IMG/VR virus record: IMGVR_UViG_3300008108_000057
Coordinates: 1 to 64,000 of that record
Reading direction: 5' to 3' (one strand)
Origin: a virus
DNA: 64,000 bases
The translations under genes and the position numbers were made by a program. This document shows, piece by piece, positions 17,047 to 25,733 of the stretch. Position 1 is the first letter of the stretch; every line of letters begins with the position of its first letter. The notes under the pieces were generated by a model. That model was not told the origin of the DNA. It worked only from the letters and a program-made list of their open reading frames with translations, and did no database searches.

Positions 17047-17586
17047 ATGCTTAAAGATAAGTTCACAAATATTTTTAGCGGAATAAGTTTTTTAATTGTA
17101 GCAACACTATTATCTCTGTCCGTATTTGCATATACAATACCAGATCAAGTTGCAAATGAAATTGAACGAGAAACTAAACAAGTCATGGCAAAAGACGTTG
17201 AGTGTCTTGCCAACAATATCTACTACGAAGCAGGTAGAGAATCCTTTGAAGGAAAACTTGCCGTAGCACAGGTTACCATCAATAGAACAAAGTCAAACAG
17301 ATATCCAAATACAATCTGTGGCGTTGTCTATCAAAAAGATAAAATCAATGGAAGAATGTTATGCCAATTTAGTTGGGTATGTGAAAAAGTTCACACAAAT
17401 AAAAACCAATACCTATGGGAAGAAGCACAATACATTGCCAGAAAAGCATTGACAGAACCTATTGCTCATGCTAAAATAGCAGCACATAACGTAATGTATT
17501 TTCATGGAGCCTACATCAATCCTGGTTGGAAAAAGAGTGGTGTGGTAATGCAAATTGGTAATCATATATTTTATACTAGAACATAA
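17047..17586 (+). CDS. Cell wall hydrolase, SleB/Hydrolase_2 family
   Basis: CLANNIYYEAGRE, AVAQVTINR, ICGVVYQ, CQFSW, IGNHIFY; N-terminal TM. Confidence 0.9.
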   Translation: MLKDKFTNIFSGISFLIVATLLSLSVFAYTIPDQVANEIERETKQVMAKDVECLANNIYYEAGRESFEGKLAVAQVTINRTKSNRYPNTICGVVYQKDKINGRMLCQFSWVCEKVHTNKNQYLWEEAQYIARKALTEPIAHAKIAAHNVMYFHGAYINPGWKKSGVVMQIGNHIFYTRT

Positions 17587-17807
17587 TGCCAACAAGAGAA
17601 GAAATAAAAACATTCAGTTTGATGATTGAAACTATGGCAGGAGAAATGAACTGTGACTTATTGGATGCAATTCTTCATCACTGTGAACAAACAGGTTTAG
17701 AGGTGGAGGTTGCATCCTCTCTTGTATCATCAGCACTCAAGTCAAAAATCAGAGAACAAGCCGAAAAGAACAATCAACTAAAGAAAATAAACAGACTACC
17801 TCTATGA
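17586..17807 (+). CDS. gp33: Late promoter transcription co-activator gp33
   Basis: Size, DAILHHCE..LEVE..LKSKIREQAE..N.LK; before gp59/gp32. Confidence 0.8.
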   Translation: MPTREEIKTFSLMIETMAGEMNCDLLDAILHHCEQTGLEVEVASSLVSSALKSKIREQAEKNNQLKKINRLPL

Positions 17808-18388
17808 GTGAAAATGGCGGATACGCCGTCTATATGATGTATCAGTCTTTAAGATTGCATTTTATATCTGACAGTTACGATTACTTCAAATATAACGGCA
17901 AAACAAATACAACAAAAGAATCTTTTCTTACTCACAAAAACAAATATTCTTTTTACAAATTATCCAGAAAATATTCATTAGAAGATTGTAGAGACTTTTT
18001 GGTATCTAACTTTGTTCGCCAAGACTTTCATTGGGTCGGTGAACTATTGACACCAGAAGCAGAAGATAATTACACAAATTGGTTAAAAACAAAACAGTCC
18101 TTGACATATACTTTTGAAAATGATATAACTTACTTGTTTGACCACCATAAAGATTTCATATCAGTCAAATCTGCATCACCAAAACTATATGACGAATTAC
18201 TCAGACATAAAGTGACTTTAGAAACTGTCGTGATACTTAATGACTTGATGAACTTTTTACCAATGTGGGAGAAAAAAATTGATGATGATATAATATGGCC
18301 AACTTGGAAAAGAAAGATAAAAAAATATACGCCGTTCGTTGTTTATGATAAAATAAAATTTCGTGATATTGTGAGGAAATACTTATGA
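17804..18388 (+). CDS. gp59: Helicase loader gp59
   Basis: LRLHF...YDYFKYNGK, FYKLSRKY, KYTPF. Confidence 0.85.
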   Translation: MSENGGYAVYMMYQSLRLHFISDSYDYFKYNGKTNTTKESFLTHKNKYSFYKLSRKYSLEDCRDFLVSNFVRQDFHWVGELLTPEAEDNYTNWLKTKQSLTYTFENDITYLFDHHKDFISVKSASPKLYDELLRHKVTLETVVILNDLMNFLPMWEKKIDDDIIWPTWKRKIKKYTPFVVYDKIKFRDIVRKYL

Positions 18389-18873
18389 AAACACTATACT
18401 TGGATATGGATGGAGTGTTGGCTAACTTTGAAAAACGATTTGAAGAACTTTTTAATAAATCTGCTAATAGGTCTAGAGAATTAAAAGAATTCAATTCAGA
18501 TTGGTCAACATTCATTGAAGGTGGTAACTTTGCAACACTTGAATGGTGGCCAGGTGCTCAAGAACTATTAGAGTTTGTTGATTCTATTCCTAACATCAAT
18601 ATTGAAATTCTAAGTTCAAGTGGTGGACCAAAATATCACAAAGAAGTAACAGAACAAAAACAGAAGTGGTTACAAGATCATGGCATCAAGTACAAGCAAA
18701 ACATTATTCCAGGTAGCAGATTGAAAGGTACTTATGCCAGAGGTGCCAGTACCATTCTTGTTGATGATACTGACTATGTTATAGAAGGTTTCATTGACAA
18801 TGGTGGTATCGGTATATTACATAGAGATTTAGGCAATACTAAGAGATTGATACTTGATGCTCTTGCAGTATGA
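18385..18873 (+). CDS. HAD-family 5'(3')-deoxyribonucleotidase-like protein
   Basis: LYLDMDGVL, ILSS, K..WL, ILVDD. Confidence 0.8.
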   Translation: MKTLYLDMDGVLANFEKRFEELFNKSANRSRELKEFNSDWSTFIEGGNFATLEWWPGAQELLEFVDSIPNINIEILSSSGGPKYHKEVTEQKQKWLQDHGIKYKQNIIPGSRLKGTYARGASTILVDDTDYVIEGFIDNGGIGILHRDLGNTKRLILDALAV

Positions 18874-18892
18874 CTAAATACTATGATATAAT
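18863..18892 (+). promoter_or_regulatory. Overlapping early (TTGCAG...TGnTATAAT) and late (CTAAATA) promoters of gp32
   Basis: Extended -10 at 18884-18892; CTAAATA at 18874-18880. Confidence 0.55.
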
Positions 18893-18943
18893 GAGCTGTA
18901 TGTGGACAAGTCGTTTATACTACGTTTATACTAGGAGATACTA

Positions 18944-19849
18944 ATGGATTTTTCAAAACTCAAAAAGAGTTCGTCTAACCTTGACAAACTCACCAAAGCA
19001 CTAGAAGCAGTCAACACTTCTTCCGATTCAAATTCCGATGACGATCATTACTGGAAACCTGAACTAGATAAGTCTGGTAATGGTTATGCAGTCATTCGTT
19101 TTCTTCCTGAACCACCACAAGATGAAGATGGACTCCCATGGGTCAAAATGTTCCGTCATGGCTTTCAAGGTCCTGGTGGTTGGCTGATTGATGATTGCCG
19201 TACTACACTCAATGAAAAGTGTCCTGTTTGTGAACACAATACACAATTGTGGAACTCAGGCATTGAAGCAAACAAAAAGATTGCCCGTGATCAAAAGCGT
19301 AAGCTAACTTATGTTTCAAACATCTATGTTGTTGAGGATCCTAAACGTCCTGAAAACAACGGCAAAGTTTTTCTATTTAAATATGGTAAGAGCATCTTTG
19401 ATAAAATCAATGGTGCAATGCATCCTGAGTTTGAAGATGAGAAGCCAATGAACCCATTTGACTTGTGGAAAGGTGCTAACTTCAAAGTCAAGATTCGTAA
19501 AGTCGATGGTTATCAAAACTATGATAAGTGTGAGTTTGATTCACCTGCACCTCTGCTAGATGACGATGATGCCCTAGAGAAAGTATGGAAGCAAGAATAC
19601 TCTCTCAAAGAGCTGATTGATCCTAGCAAGTTCAAATCATATGATGCTATCAAAGCACGCCTTGATAAAGTTCTGGGTCTAGCAGGAACTGCTGCACCAA
19701 GAACCACGGTTGAAGATAGTTCTCATATGTTTGAAACTGAAGTTGAGGAGAAGCCTGTTGCAAAGAAAGCTCCAGTGAAAACACCTTCAATCGATGAAGA
19801 TGAAGATGATGATATGAATTACTTTGCAAAGCTTGCAGCCGAAGATTAA
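18944..19849 (+). CDS. gp32: Single-stranded DNA-binding protein gp32
   Basis: WKPELDKSGNGYAVIRFLP, HGFQGPGGW, CPVCE, GANFKVKIR, acidic tail ending YFAKLAAED. Confidence 0.97.
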   Translation: MDFSKLKKSSSNLDKLTKALEAVNTSSDSNSDDDHYWKPELDKSGNGYAVIRFLPEPPQDEDGLPWVKMFRHGFQGPGGWLIDDCRTTLNEKCPVCEHNTQLWNSGIEANKKIARDQKRKLTYVSNIYVVEDPKRPENNGKVFLFKYGKSIFDKINGAMHPEFEDEKPMNPFDLWKGANFKVKIRKVDGYQNYDKCEFDSPAPLLDDDDALEKVWKQEYSLKELIDPSKFKSYDAIKARLDKVLGLAGTAAPRTTVEDSSHMFETEVEEKPVAKKAPVKTPSIDEDEDDDMNYFAKLAAED

Positions 19850-19871
19850 ACAGACTAGACGGTCTTGTTTA

Positions 19872-19894
19872 GCCCCGCCTAGTGCGGGGTTTTT
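19872..19894 (+). terminator. Rho-independent terminator between convergent blocks
   Basis: GCCCCGC-CTAGT-GCGGGGT followed by T run. Confidence 0.8.
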
Positions 19895-21461
19895 ACATCA
19901 CAGAACTTCTACGTTGAAGTTTGTTTATGATATTTCCAATTGCATCATCACGAACAGGTGCAGCACCAGTTGCAGTACCAGCATCTTGACCACCTAAATT
20001 TATTCCATTTGTTGAACTCTTATTGATTATCATAGGTGCCGACTGTGTAAAATCCATGATCTCAGATTCTAGCTGCATATTTTGATCAGTAGCAGTTGCA
20101 ACAGGAGGTGCTGAAGGAACATTAGGCATTGCTGTAGACATGTCTGATGATGCTGAACCTGGTGTTGTTGCTGTAGATGCTGCTGGAGTTGATGCATCAC
20201 CAGCAGAAGATGTAATTGAACCTGCTGGTGAAGCTTCAGCACCTTTTGATGCTCCTGAAGGTACTGGTGTTGCAGATGAAGCAGTTTGTCCACTCATCCC
20301 ACCTGATGTTGCTCCTGAAGGTACTGGTGTTGCAGATGCTTGTTTTTCTTTTCTCTTTTTTATTTCAGCTTCAATGGCATCTAATTTTGCTGATTTTTCT
20401 TTGATATATGGAGAAGGATTAGATTTTAATTGAAATCTAGGATTTCCATATTGAAGAATGTCCTCACGCAAAGCATTTAATTCGGTTAATGTGGCAGAAG
20501 CAATATTACCTTTTTTATCTTTATTAAATTTATCAATTATTTTTTTTCTTGCTGCTTCTTTTTCTGGACTTTCTTTCATTGATTCGTATTCTGCTTCACC
20601 ACCATAACCACCACCAGCAGCCTGACCAGAGGATAAAGCTTTTTGCTGCTGAATTCCTGTCTTATCTCTATTTAACCATAGATCATAGACATATGCACCC
20701 AAGGCCGCCACAGTCAAAAGACCCAACAAAGCTATACCAACGGGACTTAATAGAAAAGCTCCAAGTCTTGCAATTAAACTTAAAAATCCAGTACCGAATG
20801 ATGTCATTATTGTTTTAGCCAAATTAATGAATGGATCTAAAAATTTCATTAGGTTTGTAAACATATCTTTGATATTTCCAAACATACTTCTAATGAAGTC
20901 TAAAAGTCCACCACCTTCTTTCTTTTCAACTGGTGTTGCTTTAGGTCTTGCACTACTAGTAATTGCTGCTAATAATTCTTTGAAACGGCGTTCATCTTCT
21001 AATGATTGTTCCTCTCTAAAGTTTTTTTCTACTTCCCTTCTCTTTGTCTCATCATCAATATTCTTTTTAAGTAGATTATAAATTTTTGCAAATACATCAG
21101 CAACACCTTCACTTTGTTTGACTGGTTGTAAAGAACCTGGACTGACTCTTGCAAAGAATGGATCATATGCTGCTTCACGACCTGCACCCTTTCTTGCAAA
21201 GTATTGAATGTCATCTGCACTTCTTCCCATCATTCTACCAAGAATTGCTGTACCAAGTTTTGTTCTACCAACAAGCATACTTGCAATATTCAAAGGATCG
21301 AATGCTTCTCGTATTCGTGTTCTCTTTGCAGCAAATTTTTGTGATACCGCCTTACCGACTGAACCAAACCCTCCACCTTCAGCAATATTTCTTGCTATTA
21401 AATCGGTAAGTGATATCTGACCAGTTCGTCTGGCTTGTCTATAATCTTGTGCTGTCGCCAT
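19893..21461 (-). CDS. Tape-measure/hub-like (gp29-like) protein
   Basis: Helical, amphipathic/TM segment, Ser/Ala/Pro-rich tail; downstream of gp26/gp51. Confidence 0.55.
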   Translation of the reverse strand: MATAQDYRQARRTGQISLTDLIARNIAEGGGFGSVGKAVSQKFAAKRTRIREAFDPLNIASMLVGRTKLGTAILGRMMGRSADDIQYFARKGAGREAAYDPFFARVSPGSLQPVKQSEGVADVFAKIYNLLKKNIDDETKRREVEKNFREEQSLEDERRFKELLAAITSSARPKATPVEKKEGGGLLDFIRSMFGNIKDMFTNLMKFLDPFINLAKTIMTSFGTGFLSLIARLGAFLLSPVGIALLGLLTVAALGAYVYDLWLNRDKTGIQQQKALSSGQAAGGGYGGEAEYESMKESPEKEAARKKIIDKFNKDKKGNIASATLTELNALREDILQYGNPRFQLKSNPSPYIKEKSAKLDAIEAEIKKRKEKQASATPVPSGATSGGMSGQTASSATPVPSGASKGAEASPAGSITSSAGDASTPAASTATTPGSASSDMSTAMPNVPSAPPVATATDQNMQLESEIMDFTQSAPMIINKSSTNGINLGGQDAGTATGAAPVRDDAIGNIINKLQRRSSVM

Positions 21462-23014
21462 TATGTTGCTGCTCCTCGTGCAAAGGTTGATGCGTCTGAT
21501 CTAGGTACCGTCATAGTTTTTGAATTGTCTGCTGAAGCTACTACGTTATTGGTTTGATTTACCACGACAGGTCCTCCTGCTGCGGCCGCTTGTTGTTTTT
21601 TTAGGTCTTTGTTTTCTGTAGATGTTTCAGCTAATCTTTTACCAGATGAACTAGTTGAACCTTCTGGTAAATTAGAAGAATATTTCTCAACTTTAGATAA
21701 TAGTTCTGCACCATATCCTTTTGATAAATTTAATCCTCTTCCACCAATAGTTTGTGTTACTTCTCTATTTGCTTCAGATTGATTTTTAAATGAATTTATT
21801 TTATTTTTTCCTAATCCATCTCTGACAAAAACAATTGCAGCTCTAGCAGCAATCTGAGGATCGTTTAATTTTTCAGGATTACTTACCAAATCAATTCCAA
21901 GTTTTTTTCCTAACTCTCTATAATTATTTTTTCCGGTTACTTGTATAAATCCTCTACCAAGATATTTGAACCCATCACCTTCTTCCGTATTACCCATTGA
22001 TTTACCCATTTTAGTGTCTTTTCCATATACCATTTCGGCAAATTTATATGGGTCTTTCTTAATTTGATTTAATTCCTCATCAGAATATTTGTTTGCTCTT
22101 GCAGTAAATATTTCTCTAATTCTTTTATTACTAGTATTTGCATATGCCTTTAAATTCTCAGATTGAGGCACAAAATTAGATTCTTTTTGAATATTTGCTA
22201 AAATAGCCTTCTTTGCATATTCATTGGTTACTCCCAACTCATCTGCTTGAGCATTTACCATTCCAATTACTCCAGCAGCTCCAATTCCTATTTTTGCTGC
22301 TGTTGGTATTGCAGCACTGGGAACAGAAGAAGGTGCTGAGGGAGTAGGTCCTTTAGGCGCAGGTGTTGCTGAGGGAGTAGGTCCTTTAGGCGCAGGTGTT
22401 GCTGAGGGAGTAGGTCCTTTAGGTGCCGCTGCCGTTGGTGGTTGAGCACCAGGTGATGGTTTTGCACCTTTTGGGATTTCAGGTTTTTCTATTCCTTTTC
22501 CTTTAGGTGTTTCTTTTTTCAAATCTTGTATTTCTTTTTTTGTTTTGTCTGATTCTTTTTTAATTTTCTTAGTTTCTTTTTTCAGACCTTTTGGTTGTTT
22601 AGTTAAAGCCTCAATCAATTGTTGATTTCTTTTCTCTTTTACTTCATTGAAAGATTTTGCAAAGTTTTCTTCTATTTGAAGTTCTTTTTTCTTCTTTTCT
22701 TCGTTTCGTCTTATTAAACCATATAACTTACCAGCAATGTCTGTGATAGATTCGCCTTTCTGTGGAGGTACATCTGCTCTGGCAACTTTTGATACAAACT
22801 TAGGATCTTTTTTCTTGCTATCTTTTAATCCTTTTCTCATACCACCTTTTGTTCCAGCATAGTTATCGGTAGCAGATTTTTTTCTACCAAATATTCCCGA
22901 CACCAAATTAAAAGGATTGAGATTACTCATCAATCCTCTTGTATTGTTCTGCATTGTTTCTGATGGTTCTGGTCTGTTATTACCACCACCCAACAGACTT
23001 CCTAATATACTCAT
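21461..23014 (-). CDS. Tail-associated protein with GH19 lysozyme/chitinase-like domain
   Basis: KESNF, MGN..GDGFKYLGRGFIQVTGKNNY, DLVSNPE; Lys-rich coil and Pro-rich linker. Confidence 0.85.
   Translation of the reverse strand: MSILGSLLGGGNNRPEPSETMQNNTRGLMSNLNPFNLVSGIFGRKKSATDNYAGTKGGMRKGLKDSKKKDPKFVSKVARADVPPQKGESITDIAGKLYGLIRRNEEKKKKELQIEENFAKSFNEVKEKRNQQLIEALTKQPKGLKKETKKIKKESDKTKKEIQDLKKETPKGKGIEKPEIPKGAKPSPGAQPPTAAAPKGPTPSATPAPKGPTPSATPAPKGPTPSAPSSVPSAAIPTAAKIGIGAAGVIGMVNAQADELGVTNEYAKKAILANIQKESNFVPQSENLKAYANTSNKRIREIFTARANKYSDEELNQIKKDPYKFAEMVYGKDTKMGKSMGNTEEGDGFKYLGRGFIQVTGKNNYRELGKKLGIDLVSNPEKLNDPQIAARAAIVFVRDGLGKNKINSFKNQSEANREVTQTIGGRGLNLSKGYGAELLSKVEKYSSNLPEGSTSSSGKRLAETSTENKDLKKQQAAAAGGPVVVNQTNNVVASADNSKTMTVPRSDASTFARGAAT
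22334..22424 (-). repeat. 33-bp in-frame tandem repeat (about 2.7 copies; APKGPTPSATP)
   Basis: GCTGAGGGAGTAGGTCCTTTAGG at 22335, 22368, 22401. Confidence 0.9.
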
Positions 23015-23217
23015 CTACTTGTTCTCTGCGATTGTTTTTGTTTTATTTTTTCATTTTCTTCTTCCAAATAACGAATCAACATATTGACATAAACATCTCT
23101 CTCCCATGGCAGCATATTCTCAATTTCTGCAAGACTATATTTGTGGTGCTGTATTAAAGCAAAGTTAGTCTTGTAGTAGTTCTGCAATGTATCATGACGA
23201 AAACTTACACGAAAAAA
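23011..23217 (-). CDS. gp51: Baseplate hub assembly catalyst gp51-like frame (no ATG start; probably reached by -1 frameshift from gp26)
   Basis: FRVSFRHDTLQNYYKTNFALIQHHKYSLAEIENMLPWERDVYVNML...EEEN...*; ATGA overlap with next gene. Confidence 0.8.
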   Translation of the reverse strand, partial: FFRVSFRHDTLQNYYKTNFALIQHHKYSLAEIENMLPWERDVYVNMLIRYLEEENEKIKQKQSQRTSR

Positions 23218-23930
23218 TTGTTGAGTCCTTCAATCTCTAGTTTATGTTCGTAACCACATTTGTTACATGTAAAGTCAACAGTCTTTTCTAGTTTTGGTAA
23301 GTTATTGAAAAATTCTTCTAATCTACTGAATTGTTGTTGATTTAATGAATCTACAAACTCTAACAATTCTTTTGGATCTGCTTCTTTTGCATAATAGAAC
23401 TGTTCACCATCATGAATATATTCAATACTATCTGCAATCATTTTTAAAGCAAACTCAGAAATATCTGTAGTGTTCCTTGTTTCTTTTACAATAGAGAACT
23501 CAGGATACTTTAGTTTAACTGTTATATTCTCTGTCAGTTTAATCGTATCTGATATTCCTTCAGGTTTATCAACTTTAATATCCAATAGATTAATATTGAC
23601 TTCCATGATGTTGCCACATTCTTTTCCTTCAACTTCATTGTTACAGCGGTATTTGTTTTCTGCAATCTCACCCACAGACCTTGCTCTCAAGTTTAAAAAA
23701 TAAAACTCAATGTCTGTGATAGGAAGTTTGTCTATGTCAATATCTTCAGTCAAAGTACAATTGTGTAACACTTGACGAATATTCTGTTCTATAGCACTTT
23801 CATCACTTGCTTCAAGTGCCATTAGCAAGTTTCTTTGTTCTTTAACTAGAAATGGTCTGAAACGAATGTGTTTTCCAGACAAAGGCAAATCAAGTTCATA
23901 AATCGGTGTATCTATTTTTGGCAAAGCCAT
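23205..23930 (-). CDS. gp26: Baseplate hub assembly chaperone gp26
   Basis: MALPK, FRPFLVKE, LRARSVGE, CxxC, LEIEGLNNFF. Confidence 0.92.
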   Translation of the reverse strand: MALPKIDTPIYELDLPLSGKHIRFRPFLVKEQRNLLMALEASDESAIEQNIRQVLHNCTLTEDIDIDKLPITDIEFYFLNLRARSVGEIAENKYRCNNEVEGKECGNIMEVNINLLDIKVDKPEGISDTIKLTENITVKLKYPEFSIVKETRNTTDISEFALKMIADSIEYIHDGEQFYYAKEADPKELLEFVDSLNQQQFSRLEEFFNNLPKLEKTVDFTCNKCGYEHKLEIEGLNNFFV

Positions 23931-23949
23931 AACAATCTCCTATAATATA

Positions 23950-24639
23950 TTAAGTCTTAAATCCTTGAGCAACTGAAGTCATATCATAAATCTTCCCTGA
24001 TGTACTGCTATTGAAAGGATTGTATGAAGTTCCGCCAGCATATTTCGTTAACGCACTTGTTGCCATGTCAACAGCGGTTTCAACACCAGCATTAATAAGA
24101 TTCTCTGCAAATGCTGCAATAGAATTGTTTTCCCAAGTGTAATAAGCAAAAGTCACAGCAAGTTTATGATGTGAATTCTCATTACTCCAATCTAAATCCA
24201 ATTGATTAATTGAAATCGGAAAAGCATCAACTAAAGTAATTGAGTATGAAAGTTGATTTTTTACGTTATATTGATTTACAGTAATTGGTGTAACATAACT
24301 TTGTCTATAATTGAAGTCATATGTTGTTCTTGGATTGATTAGATTCATCCAAGCATCAAACAGTTTCTTTTCACTCATATCATCACTTACCATAAAAGTC
24401 ATTGTTGTATCATTGTAGGTTGTGAGATATGGAAGTTTTTCTGTTGGACCATAAATCTTTCTTTCTGCTGTTGCTAGTGTCTTGCTTGGCAACTCTGCAT
24501 TTTCACATCTTAATTTTATTTGCCTTCCCGTGTTTAAGTATGCCACAAGTTTAAGTGGAATTGCAATTTCCACATCAAATCTGGCTGGTCTGGCTAAGTC
24601 AGTTTTGAAACTTGCCTTAAATTCGTTTAATGATGGCAT
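23950..24639 (-). CDS. gp54: Baseplate tail-tube initiator gp54 (gp19-like fold)
   Basis: ARPARF, AELPSK, F..WM..I, DAFPISI, VTFAY. Confidence 0.75.
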   Translation of the reverse strand: MPSLNEFKASFKTDLARPARFDVEIAIPLKLVAYLNTGRQIKLRCENAELPSKTLATAERKIYGPTEKLPYLTTYNDTTMTFMVSDDMSEKKLFDAWMNLINPRTTYDFNYRQSYVTPITVNQYNVKNQLSYSITLVDAFPISINQLDLDWSNENSHHKLAVTFAYYTWENNSIAAFAENLINAGVETAVDMATSALTKYAGGTSYNPFNSSTSGKIYDMTSVAQGFKT

Positions 24640-25248
24640 TTATTTTTTCCTTATTTTTCTCATAGATTCTTTAAATACAGAACCCTTGTTTTGCTTTTGG
24701 AATCTTTCCACTGGCAAGAACAATGCAGATTCCCACTCTTTAGGAAATACTTTCAGAGGTCGTGTGGCCATATGCTCATAAAGATAGTGCTTCAGACAGG
24801 GTAGAAAGGCTCTGAAGCGTCTGGATGAGGCCAGCATATCGTAGGTCTTGTTTGTAATTCTGACCCTTTCTATGCCCTCTCCGTCATCGTCGGTAATGGC
24901 AAGTGGCATTAATGCATCCATTAGCATACCACGAACCATAGGTGGCAAATAATGAAAGTTGATTCCTAAGAAGCCTTCTGGCATCTTTTTCAATACCAAC
25001 ACTAATGGAAATATATCATAATAAGGTAAAACATCAGCATATTTTGGATCATAAGCAAAGAAGTATAAGTTTCCTAGTATGACCCTTGATTGTTTTCTTT
25101 GTTGCTCACGAATTATGTCTCTGGACATTCGTGAAGGATTACGAAGATTCCTTACTTGTTCCTGAAACCAACGAACACTTTGCCTTGACAATATTTCATA
25201 GTCAAGCATTGATCGTTCTTGTGCTAATTGAGTGAGTTTAGATTCCAT
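24640..25248 (-). CDS. gp2: DNA end protector gp2
   Basis: YDPK...LPYYDIFPLV, GINFHYLPP, KHYL, LPVERF. Confidence 0.9.
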   Translation of the reverse strand: MESKLTQLAQERSMLDYEILSRQSVRWFQEQVRNLRNPSRMSRDIIREQQRKQSRVILGNLYFFAYDPKYADVLPYYDIFPLVLVLKKMPEGFLGINFHYLPPMVRGMLMDALMPLAITDDDGEGIERVRITNKTYDMLASSRRFRAFLPCLKHYLYEHMATRPLKVFPKEWESALFLPVERFQKQNKGSVFKESMRKIRKK

Positions 25249-25260
25249 TGAATATTTATG

Positions 25261-25695
25261 TTAGATGCCAAGATGTTTTTCTGTGATTACTTTGAACTCC
25301 CAACCTCTATCTAAGCAATACTCTTGTGCTGCTTTCCACTTTGCTTGATTGATACCGTAAGTTGTCACCTCTTGTAAATACTGCTTGGTGAGTCGCTTTC
25401 TAGGTTTGGGTTCTTTAGTCTCTCTGTCGGGCTTCACTTCTATAATCATAGTCTTTGTTTTTCCGTCTTTGGTTTTGACTCTCACTAGAAAGTCGGGAAA
25501 GTAACGATGAAACCTACCGTCTACCGGCGATTTGTATGGTATAATGAGTTCTTCTGAACCCCATTGTAGAATATCATCATTCTTATCAAGCCAGTTCATC
25601 ACTCTACACTCCCATGATGACCTATAGATGATATTTTTATAATCTCCCATGTATTTTTGTGGGTTTGTGGGATTAAATCGTCCAGAGTATGCCAT
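25261..25695 (-). CDS. gp4: Head completion nuclease gp4
   Basis: NPQKYMGD..IIYRSSWE, RYFPDF, EVKP, NQAKWKAA. Confidence 0.95.
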   Translation of the reverse strand: MAYSGRFNPTNPQKYMGDYKNIIYRSSWECRVMNWLDKNDDILQWGSEELIIPYKSPVDGRFHRYFPDFLVRVKTKDGKTKTMIIEVKPDRETKEPKPRKRLTKQYLQEVTTYGINQAKWKAAQEYCLDRGWEFKVITEKHLGI

Positions 25696-25728
25696 ATAAA
25701 TACTTTCATTAATCTCTTATCTATTTAA
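25695..25728. promoter_or_regulatory. Divergent late promoters between gp4 and gp48
   Basis: TATAAATA (+) 25695-25702; TTAAATA (-) 25722-25728. Confidence 0.65.
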
Positions 25729-25733
25729 CACCC

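Noticed and set aside
22939-23157. Plus-strand 72-aa ORF
   Set aside because: Antisense shadow of the gp51 frame
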